Under the pieces are notes generated by a model that was given only the letters and a program-made list of their open reading frames with translations, was not told the origin of the DNA and searched no databases. From Lama guanicoe (taxonomy: Eukaryota): a stretch of 64,000 nt of DNA. The position numbers and the translations under genes were made by a program. Positions 35,954 to 48,900 of this stretch are shown in pieces (within the stretch, counting starts at the first letter, position 1; every line of letters begins with the position of its first letter). The DNA lies in NCBI GenBank assembly GCA_013239625.1, contig MU053334.1:693190-757189 (forward strand), written 5' to 3'.

Positions 35954-38900
35954 GGAGGACCAGGGCCCAGCACTGGAAGGAGCCTGCCATCACTGCACTT
36001 GGCTGTTGGGCTGGCCAGCCTCAGAGGAAGTGCGCTGCGATGGCCCCCCGCACAGCCTGGCCCCACTCTCCTGCCCAGGCGGCTCCTCAGGATGACCCTC
36101 CCTTTGCCCCTCTATGGCCAAGCGCCAGAGCCAGCACGTCCCGTGACCCAACCCTGAGGCTCCGGGAGCTGCGCCCGACTCAAGGCCATGGGCTGTTACC
36201 CAAGCCCTGGCCCAAGGCCGCCTCTGTGGAGATGCGCCCAGAGCCGAGGACGAAGCACAAGTCTGCCGTCCAGTGGACTCTCCGCCCGGACCAAGGCTGC
36301 TAGCCTAGGCTCCTGTCTGCTCGGGCGGGGGGGCACGCGGGAGGCAGGCACATGCCAACCAGCCCTGGCGCATGCAGCACCTGTGCTCGTGGGACGACCC
36401 TGCCACTAGCCACGCCCTGCCCTGCCTTGAAATTTGGAAAGCCACTTGGAGAAGGTTTGTGCGGCTCAGAGAGGTCCCCACCCCCTCTGCTGTGGCCACG
36501 GGCAGAGCCCCTAATCCTGGCAGAGACCCCGCCCCAGGCCTCAGGCCATGGCTGGCAGAGTGGCTGTTAAGTGGACAGCAAGCGCTGCCGGAAGCCTTCC
36601 AGTAAAACTCCAGCATGGGGCCGAAGCGCAGGGTAAAACGAACAAGGCCGGCTGTGGGCCACCTGAGACAAGGAAACACCTGTCCACCGACCGGACAGAG
36701 ATGGAGACACTGACACCGGCCAGGCGGGAGCAGGAATCCTGCAGGGGCAGGTGTGGGAGGCTGGACTGGCCGCTCCCCCATTCACCAGGCGCTCGGGGGG
36801 TCCAGTTGAGCTGACCCGCGCCTGCGTCAGCATCCACGTGGCAGACAGGCAGCTCCTCCAGCCTCAGTGGGTGGGACCGCAGGCTCATCTCTGTGCTCCC
36901 CTGGTGTTGGAAAGCCCAGCGTGGGAGCTGGCTCTGCCGCGGGCGCCCTCTGGTGGACGTGGGATCCACCCAGAGGCGAAAGTCCAGCCCCAGCCTCCCT
37001 CTCTCCTCCTGCCAGTCCCAAAGAGTCCCCAGCCCCGAGGCCGCCCCGCCCAGCTCCCCAGCCACCCCCACTCCCTGCCCTCACCTCTAGGAGCTTCAGA
37101 GCCAGTGTCAGGAGGCCCTCAACGGAGTCCCCCAAACACACACCAAAGCCTCGGAGAGCGGGCTCGGGAGCAGAGGGTGGGCATGTCACTTCCCAGCCTG
37201 GGGACCTGGACAACTGCCTGAACTGTGCCTCATTCTCCTGTCTGTAAAAGGGGAACACTGCTCTCCAGTCCACCGAGCAAGCCCCGAGCGGGCACCCCGC
37301 TCCTGGACACGCCTGGGCCACCCCACCAGGAGCTGCCACAACATGAGGCCCTGAACTGCGGTGGGATCGTTTCCAAAAGGAACAGAACTGAGTGGATGAG
37401 GAAAGGGAGGGTCCTCGGGCAAGCGTGACTGTGGGCAGAAAAGGCGAATCTTACGCTGTGCAAACAGAATGTGCCAAGTACCGGCTGCTTCCCAGGCCCA
37501 GCTACATCTGACTACGACAGCCCGGCTGGCTCCTGCCACCCAAGGGAAGCTTCTCTGCCTGTGAGCATCGTTGAAGGAACAAGCAAAAGTAGATCCCTTC
37601 TTAGTGAGCGCTTGACTCAAAACCCAGCACCCGAGACTGTGACGAGCTGCTCACAGAGGAAAGCGTGTAAGAGGGAATGAAGATGTAAAACAGGCTCAGC
37701 CCCGTGAGTGAGAGACAGCGCCAGCGGAGGGACGTCCGCCTGCCGCATGGAGGGCCATAAAGGGCGGGCAGCCCCAGCAGCAGGAGGTGCCGGAAAGGAC
37801 ATGGCAAGGTGTGTCATCAAGGGAGGGCCAGCAGAGGTCTCCCTGGCCGAACCAAGTAGCAAAGACAAACGGGCCGAGACGGTCCCGCCACACTCACACC
37901 GCGCTGCGGCCTCCTGGGCGGGGAACAGCCCCAGCAGGCTTAAGCAAGAGCTGGAACACAGCATCCACCGCTTCTGTTTCAAACACAGAAGGAAAACCAG
38001 GGGAGGGCCGGGGTGGGGTGCCCCGACGGACACCGGCCCACGCGAAGTGAGCCTGCGTCTCTTTGCACAAGGAAAAGCCCGACAGAAAGACAGCTCCGAT
38101 CCAAGCGTCAGGACGACCGCCCAGGACACGCTCATCCCCCAGTGCGGTCCGGGGTTTTAGGAGAGAAAGTAAGTGCCAAGGACCCCAGGGGAAGGGCAGA
38201 GGCGGGGGGTGCTGACCGAACGAACGAGCCGCACTCTTCGGTCCCCGTGGAGCCCAGCCCCCCTCCCTGGGGGTGCCTCCTCCCCTCACCTATCACCCAG
38301 CTCCTGCTTCAGTGCCCACCGGGGCACTTGCAGCAATGACCGCCCCCTCCCAGGCTGCTCCTCCCAGCGCTGCTTGGAGCTCCCCTTCCTCCACCCTCCC
38401 GCTCCCCTCCCAAGCACCGCTGAGGCTGAGGAGGGCAGGGAGGAGCAGGGCACGGACCGCAGTCAGAGTCCGAGTGCCCACCACGTCACCATCTCCGTCT
38501 CCACCTTGGGCGCCCCAAGCTGGCACTGACCAGGCACCGGGACCCCGAGGTGTCCTAACCGGCCTCCTGCTGGGGGTCCTGGCAACGTCATGTCATCCCC
38601 TTCTCACCACACCGGAGTGGGCTTGGGAAAGCCTCCCAAGGGGCCGCCCCGCCCACACCCGCACACATGGCTCACAGCCCCTGCGAGCTGGGTGCAATCA
38701 CCACTCCTGCCCCCGTGGGACGGCTCAACTGGTACCGGCCCACCAAGGCCACCCCTCAGTGTCTGCCTGAGTGCACGGGCAATGTCCTCCCCCACCCGTG
38801 AGCACGCCGAGGGCAGCCCAGCTGGGTGACTCACTGCCAAGGCCCCGGGCTTGGCACACAGACCACGGTCTTGGCAGTGGAGAGAGACCCTCACCGGCCT

Positions 38901-41900
38901 GGCCACCCGCAGGGCGGGGCTGTGGACTGACAGACTTAGCTGATGCTTGCTCTGTCAATCAGCATTGCAGTTAGCACCACAACACCATGCCCGGCCCTGC
39001 CTGGTGCCCGGAATGTGGCAGACTCATGTCGTGATGTTAAGTGATGTCATGTTATGTGGCCCAAATCCCCGCCTCCTGGAGCCACCACTTCCAAGGATGG
39101 ACACAAACACAGAGAACTCAGGTACTTCCAGGTGAGTACGGCCCTGCAGAGGACAGCATGGGGAAGGGGAAGGGAGGGGGCAGCTACCAGAAGCGGGAGG
39201 TCGGGGACAACCTCTCTGGTGAAGGGACACTAGCACCAAGACCTGGGTAACACAAAGGGGCAAGCCAAGAAAAGATGGTGGGAACAGCAAGTGCAAAGGG
39301 CTGGGGGCACCAAGCAGCTGGCCATGCAGCCCGGCAGGAGGGCCAGGAGGCTGCACCTGGGCAGGTGAGGCCCACAGGGCGGAGGGAGGGGTGGCGAGGC
39401 CTGAGAGTCCAGGGCCACAAGCCGACACAGGAGTCCAGGGCGACAGAAACCGATGTCCACAGCAGTGGGCACTGCAGCAGGAGGGGTGCAGCCCATCTGC
39501 TGCTGCGGGGCGCACTCAGGTGCAGAGGCAGAGAAGAGGGGGCACCAGCTAGGGCGTCAAGAAAGTGGCCCAGGGGCAAGCCTCCTGGGGATCCCCAGGC
39601 TCACCTGCGTGGCCAGAACCCAGGAGGCCTGGGGTGTATTTGGGGGTGGAGCTGCCTGGGCAGACGGCACCGTTCCCCGGGACATGGCCAGTGGGCACAT
39701 GGTAGGGACAATGGAGCTGAAGACCTGACACGTGGTGGAGCCGTGACGGAACCTTGATGGACAGAGGTCAGGACCCACAGGGGGCAAGAGCTGAAGGCTC
39801 GTGGTTGGGAGAGCAGGGGCCTGCGAGAGTAGCCCTCAAATACTCTCAGGAGCGGCTAGCGTCAGTTCCAGAAAGAGCTCCTAGCACTTTGCCCTGGACT
39901 CCGGCAGGAAGCAGGCAGAGGCTGCGGCTGCCTTGCCTGCTCCCCGGGAGCTGGGAGAGCAGGGCCACAGAGCGCTCCGCACCCGGCGGGGGACAGCCTC
40001 CGGCGGAGTGAGAAGCCCCGCTCCAGCCCTCCTGCTGCTCCACCTTTCCCGTTCCCGCCGCCTGCCCACGCCACCTGCCCACGCTGCACACCAGCCCCCT
40101 TCCGACACGGCCGGGGCAGGAGGTGGGGCTGCGCTGCGCCCAGGAGCAAGTCTGGGCCCTGGCACCGGGGCCACCTGGGCCCTGCTGGCCGGGTGTCCGT
40201 GCAGCCAGAAGGTTCGGAGCTAAGGAGGGGTGCGAGACGGTACTCTCCTTGTTTTGAAAAACCTTTGCTCGTTCACTTAAACACGTTCGTAACAGAGAAC
40301 CACACAAGCACACATGTCCTGGAGGCCTCGTTTTCTCCCAGGAGTCTCGATTCTGATTCATCACCACAACCTCATCTCTCTGGGTCCCCAGAGCAGAGGA
40401 AGTGAAAGGCAAGAGGCGCCGGGCCTCCAAAGCTCCTCGCTGAGCCCCGAAGGGCGTCTGGAAAGCCAGAGCCAGGCCCATGAGGTGGGGGGCAGAGGGC
40501 AGGGAACACGGGGTCCACACCCGAGCTGAGGCCAGGAGGAGCCCTGGTCCTGCCCTCTTCCCTCCTGACAGCAGCGACTAAGGACTGCGGAGAAAAGCCA
40601 GTACCACGGCCCTTGAGGGTCCCAGGGCCCCAGCCCCTCAGCCCCGGGCAAGGCCGTGCTCAGCTCACGCCCCCACGACATGACCAGCTCCAGGGCCAGG
40701 CTGGGCTGCATTCCGGCTCCATCCCGACTGGCCGTGGTGGAGCGCTCACTCGGCCCCTGTCCCGGGAGGAGGCACCCCCGCACATGGCGGGAGCACGACC
40801 CACTCAGCGCACACCCCCCGCACACGGCAGGAGCACCCGCACCCATACACACAGCACATTTGAGGTCGCATTACAAAATGCATTTCTTACACGGGTAGTG
40901 ATCACAACTGGGAAAGACTGCTCTAGCACGGACGGCTGCTGCCTCTGGCCCTTCGTCTGAGATGGTCTGCGGGGGCACAGGGCCTGGGCCAGCTCGCCTG
41001 CTGCCGTGTGTCTACGGGAGGCCCTTCCTACACATCCAAGGGGCACACACAACAGAAGCATCGTCTCTGCTCGAGGCTGGTCCAGGGTGCAAGGGCGCAG
41101 CACAGGGTCTGCAGCAGCACTGGGAGACGCGCGCTGGGGGAAGAAAAACGTAACTGTGCTTAAAAATGGAACCAACGGAAAATGCTTTCCAAGTGCAGTG
41201 TACTTCAGTGTGTTCAATGAATCAGTGTTTTACAAGCTGGCTGTGAACTTTAAATGAGGTCTGCTATTTTTAGAGTTGCTTTTCAAGTTCTGCTCCAGAC
41301 AGTTACTCCAAGCTTCGCTTGACGAGTAAAGGTCCTCCCCAAACACCTCTTGCAGAACCGTCACCTCAACACCCTCGACTCCCAGCCAGCTTCCTGCCTC
41401 CGGACCCTCAAGCTCCCAGCACCTCCCAGGCCTGCGGTTCACCCGAGCCGATGGGTGTTGGCAGTTAAGAGTGAAGACAGGCCGACGAGGGGAGCCATGG
41501 GTCCCGGCAGCACCAGCTCAGGGAGTGGGTGCATCCGAGGCCCAGGACCTCCTCCCATGTTCCGGCTGAAGCCGTGGGATGGGCACTGCTGACCGCACGG
41601 CCTGGGCTCCACACGGAGCCTGTGAGCAGGCCACTACCGGGCACAGCCACCAGGCAGGCCAGCGGGCTAAGATCATACCACGGGGCAGCACATGTCCGGA
41701 AGGGAGCAGGGAAGTAAGAAGCTCTGTGACTCCCAGGGAGCCCACCACTGACACGGGCCCCAGAGAGTAAGGCGGGCCAGGGCGGAGGAAGACCCGCTGG
41801 AAGGTGGGGGCACGGCAGACCCCGACGCTGCGAGGTCTGATGGTGCGAACCAGCCAACCGACCCAAACCAACCACAGGTCCTTCCCAAGACGGAGCCGGG

Positions 41901-42629
41901 ACAGAGGACAGGAGGAGGACACGGCTCAGACAGAGAGGGCTGACCCAGCCCTGCTCTGGCCATGCAGGGGGACAACAGAAGTGGGGTCTCTAGAGCGCAG
42001 TGCTGAGAGAGCTATGGTAGCCCCCAGCACACACACATGGAAACCCGCCACCTAACTTTAAAAAAGATCGACAGAAAAGAGAGGTGGGTGAATCTGATTC
42101 CAAGTTATTAAAAGACAACAGAGAATAAATAAGAATTAGAAGAGCATCCTCTGCACAAGGGAAGCATGCCGGACAGACCCACTCCTGAAGGTAAAAGCTG
42201 TCACCTTCAACTTCACAACTGCTTAAAAAATGAGGAAAACAGAAGAAGCCATAAGCGAACCATGATCACAAATCAGAATTCTGAAGACTCGGGGTGACAG
42301 GGGAAGACCCTAAGGGCAGAGTCAGATAACCTCCTGGAGAGAAGCGCCCCGGAGAGCACAGGACACCCTGACGTGACCGAGGGGCGCGGGCTTCCCCACC
42401 CCTGCTCTCGGCATCAGCACCGGGGGCAGTGCCAGAGGTGCTGTGACGTTCCGAGTCCCGAGTGTGGACAAGGAGGACTCAAGTGGGAAACTGCATCAGC
42501 GACTGAGCACCTGGGCCCTCCACAGCCGAGGGGCGGCTATGGGTGAACCAGGTGGCATGGAAGCCCCAGGCTGCAGGGGAATGCGGAGGGCTGGCACGAC
42601 TCCACGGCGCCTTCAGTCTTTCCATGTGT

Positions 42630-42960
42630 GGTCTGTTCACCGAGAAGTCCTAGAAACAATGGCCCTCCCAAAGCAGTGGGCACCCCTGGCACCTGGAACA
42701 TGGCCTCTAAAACCCATTTCCCAGCACAAGAAACCAGGGCTCCTTGGACAAAAGGTGGATTCCAGAGCTGGATGGTGCTATCACACTAGAGAGCAGTGAT
42801 GCTGTCCGAGGTCACTAGGGTCACTGTCACCAAGACTTGGAACCAGCACAGATAAGCTCCCAAGGGCCAAAGGTGGGATGATGTGACCACCTATGAGGAC
42901 CACAGCTACAATGCACTCAAAGACCCAGGTGGTGAATCCATGAATTCTTATTGAAAGACC
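42630..42960 (+). mobile_element. Old L1 (L1MC/MD-like) 3'-region fragment
   Basis: tagaaacaatg...gcacccctggcacc...ccatttccca...gaaaccagggctccttgga...gattccagagctgg resembles the recalled L1MC/MD 3'UTR. Confidence 0.5.
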
Positions 42961-43469
42961 TATTTTAAACCCTGTTGGCCACTCTGAGAAGACGCTACAG
43001 AATCAACTCTGACAGGGGAAAGCATCTCTCCGTAGGAGTCTGCAGCCAGAGCCCTGCACTCCAGGCCACCCCGACACTGGCCTGCGTCTACATCTCAGAA
43101 GAGAAGGCTCACACCAGCTCTGCCCCTCACCCCTTGAGGAGAAAACAACACGCAAAGTAAACAGATGCACACGCCCAATTCTGACCTTGGAAGCGAGGGG
43201 AGACCACACGATGCCGTGAGCTCTGCGGGGCAGGTTTCCAGCTGGCAAACGGGGCGGCACGGGGCAGACGTCTTCTAGACCACACGCCCTGCCTGCCGTG
43301 GCCACTGCAAGAAGCCAGCATCGCCTCTCTCCCGTCACCTCTGTGCACCCAGACCAGGCCGTGTGCGAGGACAGCCCAGGAGGACCTCCCCTCTGCGGGC
43401 CCAGGGCCCTGTGGAGGGCGAGAGGGGGAGGTGGTCAGGTGCCCCATGTTTATACAGTAGGTGGAAACA

Positions 43470-43640
43470 GGTGAACTTAATTTTATTATCATTTAACCCC
43501 AAATATCGTCACAGCTACGTCTAATCAATATAAAAACACTAGGAACTCTTCACACTGTTTTTTCCAGGATGCAGTGTGTTTCAGACTTCAGCACATGTCC
43601 AGTACTCGGAGACCACACGTGGCTAGCGGACCCTGGACTC
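43470..43640. mobile_element. hAT-Charlie MITE fragment (MER3/MER33/MER58-like)
   Basis: AT-rich body ending in ccacacgtggctagcgg, typical of these MITE termini. Confidence 0.45.
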
Positions 43641-44449
43641 GAACAGCTTCTGCATTTGGATCCACCTTCTTCCAGGCTCGATTTTTCTTTGTATGATGTG
43701 AGGTTTGGGCCGAGTCTTAAATATAAAATACGCACGGCCATCCAGCTGACCGGTGTGATTTACCACAAAGACTGTGGTAAAGAGATATTTCACTTCGTTC
43801 CTATTTTCAAGGAGTTGCATCTGGCCTTGATGACTCTCTGCTGAAGATCCACCTTCTGTCTCACCTGCGCTGCCCTTTCTCACCCTCCTCCTCTCCCTGG
43901 GTTTGTGCCACTGTCCCCCTGGGGACTCGACACGTGCGCCCAAGGCCCTGGACGGCTCTCTGACCCCTGGGCCCCACAAGTCTCCACAGATAGAGCTTTG
44001 TCTAAATACGGGGAGCTAGCGTGTCTCTGTGGCTGCTTTCTGGCTGGACTCCTCCAGGAACACATGCTGGACGTTTCAGTCTGCTGAAGTTGGCTCAGAT
44101 ATCGGTCAGTCTTTGTTTTAAGTGTCCGTGAGGGCCTGGAGAGGGTGTGCAGCCGGCTACTGTCGGGCTCACTATTCCCCGTGTTAGGTCAAAGGTGCAA
44201 GTCGTGGTTTTCACAGCGCTACGCCGCAGGCACGAATGGTCAGGGCACAGCCAAGCTGAGCTTCTGTGGGAAGGGCCCCCCCTCCTCCTGCATTAGTGCC
44301 AGGCAGGTGAGTGGGCTCAGCCTCCCCACGCCCTCCGGGGGCCCCAGACCAGCAGGGCAGCTCCACCTCCTCCTCAGGGCCATCCAGGGACCCCAGGGAC
44401 CCCAGGAACGCAGGAGCAACAGGAGAGGCTAGCCAGGACGGGCATCTCT

Positions 44450-45990
44450 TTTTTTCCCGTAAAAGTTTGTACCCTTTTACCAACCTCCCTATTTCCCTCA
44501 CTCCCAGGCCCTGGTAACTACTTTTCTACCCAGTTTTCTATGAGTTCCAACTTTTTATTTCTATTTCGAGATTCCAGACATAAGTGACACCATGTGGCAC
44601 TTTCTCCACCTGGCTTATTTCACTTAGTATGATGTCCACCAGGTTCATCCATGTTGTCTCAAATGACAGGATTTCTGTCTTGTTAAAGGCTGCGTAATAT
44701 TCCATTATGCACGCACGTGCATTTTCTTTATCTGTTCGTCCACTGTTGGACACTGAAGTTATTCCATACCTTAGCCACTGTGAGTAACGCTACAGTGAAC
44801 ACAGGAATACAGACGTCTCCTCAAGATGACCGTTTCCTTCGACTCCATTCCCAGAAGTGGGATTGCGGGATCACACAGTAGGTCCACTTTTAATTTTCTG
44901 AGAACCTTCCATACTGTTTTCCCAGGGGCTGCACCGATTTACATTCTCACCAACAGTGCACAAGGGCCCCCTTTTCTCCGTGCCCTCACCAGCACCTGCT
45001 GTCTCTTTGATGATGGCCATTCTGACAGGTGTGAGGCGGTGTCCCGTGGCTCTGATCTTCTCCGCAGTGAGGAGCGATGTGGAGCATCTTCTCACGCACC
45101 TGCTGCCCCGCTGTGTCTCTTCCGCCCGTGTCAGCTCCAGGCGGACTGCAGGCGCGGGCCTCTCAGCAGACCTGGGGGCTGCGGTGCCTCCTCCTGTTCC
45201 CCGGGTGGTCTTTTCACTCCCTGATGGTCTCCTTTGTTGTGTAGAAGGTTTTAGTTGATGCAGTCCCATTACTTTTGCTTCTGTTGCCTTTGCTTTGGTG
45301 TCAGGTCCAAAAAATCAACACTAAGGCCAACGTCAAGGAGCTTACTGCCTCGGTTCTCATCTATAAGTTCCAGGTTTTCAGGTCTTACGTTCAAATCCTT
45401 AATGCGTTTTGAGTTCACTTCTGCATGTGGTGTAAGGTGGCAGTGCAGGTCTCCCAGTACCATTTATCAAAAACAGTGTCTCCTCCTCGCCGTGTATTCT
45501 TGGCGTCTTTGCTGTAAGTTAGCCAACCACATAAGCACAGGTTTATTTCTGGGCCCTATACTCTTTCCGTTAGTCTACATGCCTTGTTTTTAAGCCAAAA
45601 CTGTCCTGTTCTTATTACCATAGCTTTGCAATATAGTTTGAAACCAGTGAATGTGATGCCTCCAACTTAGTTCATTCTTAAGGTTATTCTGGGGTCTTCT
45701 GTGGTTCCATACAAATTTTGAATTGTTTTTGTATTTCTGTAAAAAAAAGTCACGGAATTTTGATTGTGATTACACTGAATCTGCAGACTGCTTTGGGTAG
45801 TATGGCCATTTTAACACTATTAATTCTGCCAATCCATGAACACAGAAGATCCTGTAGGTCTTCTTCAGTTTGGTTCATCAACATCTTACAGTTCTCAGCA
45901 TACAGGTGTTTCACCTCCTTAGTTAAATTTATTCCTACACATCTTATTCTTCCCCACGTTATTGTAAACGGGACTGCTTTCTTAATTTCT
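44450..45990 (-). mobile_element. LINE-1 3' fragment (ORF2 C-terminal part and 3'UTR)
   Basis: - strand peptides GINLTKEVKHLYAENCKML...CSWIGRINSVKMAILPKA, IKDLNVRPENLEL, HRLTPVRMAIIK, MEYYAA...TTWMNLVDIILSEISQ. Confidence 0.92.
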
Positions 45991-48900
45991 AATAGAGAGG
46001 GCAAGCATCTTTAAAAAGATGGCCAGGAAGCTGGCCCCTCGCCTCATTTGTGTCTGGGTCCTGAAGCTGAAGGTCAAGTGTTCTAAGAGCCCACAGCCAG
46101 CAAAGACACACAAGAGTCAGGAGGCAAAGGGCCAATCTCCAGGCCAGGTGTCTCGGCCAAAGAGGGTGTATCAGAGGCCTGACCAGGCTGCAGTGCAACA
46201 GGTACCTATGGGCTGGGGGGTCGAGGATGGGGGAAAACGGGGGACCTAGACTTCACCCATAGGCAAAGGGGTCCACTTTCAAGCAAGAGTGTGACGTGGT
46301 CAGCACTCTGGTTTGTGGAGGCACCGAGAGCCTGGGCCCCGGCGGAGCCGGCTCAGCCCAGGGAGCCAGGGGCCTGCCTGGAGCAAGCCCAGGGAGCTCA
46401 TGGCCCTGATGAGGCCACACCACCCACGACTGGCTCCTGGGCCGGGCCAGGCCCGGCAGCCGGGACACGAGGCATGCGAGCAGTCAGGACCAGGCCTGCT
46501 CCAGCCCGGGTTCGAGGCCCAGACACACCGGCTGAAGAGTGTAGTCTCCACCTCAGAGCCTGCTGGACTTCATCTCAGGAGGTGTTTTGTTATTTCTAGC
46601 AGAAAGCAAGACTTCTGGGAAGGAAACGAGGGCCGGTGAGCTGCAGTGCTGCTGTCAACTGCTCCCGGCAGGCCGTGCGGCTCTCAGAGGACAGGAGGGC
46701 CCGCAGTCACCACTGTGCTCCCACCGGTGCCTGCTGTGTTACGAGGAGGACCTTGTGACCCCAATTATGTGCATCAGCAGAAGGCTGGGGATGTCTGCAG
46801 GTGCACTGTCTGCATCCCACATGTGAACCATCAGGCTAAAAACTGTCAGAGCCGACTCAAAGCCTGATGCCTGGGCCCACAGCTCCCCGGCTCTGGGAAG
46901 TCACGAGGGCTGGGCCACTCCCTCGCAACACCCCCACCCTGCTGTCTGGTCCCAGCCCTGTCACCACCCACAGCATTCCGGTGCTGATCCCCAAAGGCCA
47001 CAAATGCCATGACAGCACAGCTGTGCACCACACCCTCCCTGTCAAAGCGGTGCAGGGCGAGGGCACTGCAGGGACACTGGCCACCAAGCCCTTCACAGCA
47101 GCGCCTGCCCCTACAACGCGGTCACTGCTGCAGGCAGGACAAGAACAGGCGCCACCAGGAGCCAGGCGTCAGGACGTCACCAACTGCCACCAAGATACCA
47201 CGGACCCCACACACGGGGGGCGATGGAGGCTTGGAGACCTGTCACAGCAGTGCCTCCGGCCCCCATGTGTGCTGCCGCCAACACCAGCCCTGGTCGGCCC
47301 TGTTCCAGGGAGGAGGCTGCAACAAAAGGAGGAAGACACAGTGGGGGGTGGGCAGACAGCACCCCTGCTGGGCCCCTAAGTCTGTGTGCCCTCCAACCCC
47401 ACGCCCCCGGCCGCCCAGAACCATCAGAGAGCACGCGGCTGAGCTGCTCCATCAGGAAAGAAGATCAATGCAGTCCCACGGAGGGTGCGTGCACCCTGGG
47501 GAGGGCCCCAGCCGGGAGGTAAACCAGACCTGCCCACGGCCCCAGAGCGGCAGCAGAGCAGGGAGGGGCCGGCAGGGCAGGGGCAGCTGGGGCCCCAGTG
47601 TGAGCACCAAGGGGCCTTCATAGCAGAGCCAGTGCTGTGCACGCAGGCCTCCCGCCCCCACCCCACCTCCAGCGCCCACTCGGGGCACAGCGGGTCCTAG
47701 GTTAAGCCCAGTCCTCCGCCCAGGCCCCAGTGGTGCAGGGCGGGAGTCCAGCTCAGTGGCTGGGCAGGCTGGAGACTCTTGTGTGCATGGACCATGACCC
47801 CACAAAGGCCCCCCACGGCACCAGCTCCACCATCAGGGTGGCAGGGCTGTGCCCTCGCACAGAGCCATCTCAGGAGAGTGAACACTCTGCCAGTGAACCA
47901 AGGGCCCTGCTGCCTTTCTGACAGTTCAGCCCTCGGGGGCCAGCAAACCACAAATGCTCCCACTTAAAACCACAAGTACAACGAGGAGACAACAAATGAG
48001 ACAAGGTGACACGGCACACACAGCACGCCAAGAGGAAGCGCATCCCAACCCCCCCAGTGCCGCAGAGTGAGGGGTCGCGGGGCCGGCCACCCTGCACCCG
48101 TAAAAGCTGGCTGCGCCAGGCTGGCCTTGGAGGCAGTGCACAAAAGCCAGCAAGGTCGCGACAAGGCAACACGTCTACTTTCACATGAGTTATAAATGCC
48201 GGGAGCTCGACAGAGCTCAGCTGAGCCCAGCACTTCTTCAGCCAAAAGGCAGGAGGCCTTCCAGCAGGAACAATAGAATGTACTTGAACACAGGATTTTA
48301 ATTACAAAGCGTTCCTAAACCTCTGCTGCCATGTCCATGTGCAGAGAAGTTGCCTGGGTCTCCATTCCAGCCGCGCAGAGCAGACGTTGGGCGGCCCACC
48401 GCCCCTGCCCAGAGCACAGCCAGACACAAGGCCTTCTGCATATGGCCACCCAGACCTAATTCCAGGCACCCTGCTTCCAGGAAGCAGGCAGGCTGGGCCT
48501 GGAGAAGCAGGGACAGCCTGCTTGATTACAAACGTGACCCACAAGACCACTGCTGGGTGTCCTTGGTGCTCCAGGCACTCCGGGGGGCTTAAGCACATCA
48601 GCATCCCTGAAACCAGCAAAGCGACTGCAGTAAGGCGAACACCAGCCACTCTCCAGGGACCCACTGTGAAGGGCTGAGGTTTAGGGAGCAGTCTGGGCCC
48701 CAAGACCATCTGACCTGCAGATGGCATGTGGAGTGGGCACCCAGGCCTCCTTGTCCAGAGCGTGCAGGGCCAATGCCCCATGGCCAGCATTCACCATGGC
48801 CAGCTGCCCACAGGCTGGCTCCGGGGCCTCAGTGCCCACCTGCTCTCAGGCAGAGGAAGTGAGGCTGCGGAAGGGAAGCACCTGTCACACGTTTTGTCAC

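Noticed and set aside
43623..43860. Protein-like - strand ORF segment (MQLLENRNEVKYLFTTVFVV...) as a cryptic exon or pseudogene
   Set aside because: No family recognised and no convincing splice-site pair; a tblastx search would be needed.
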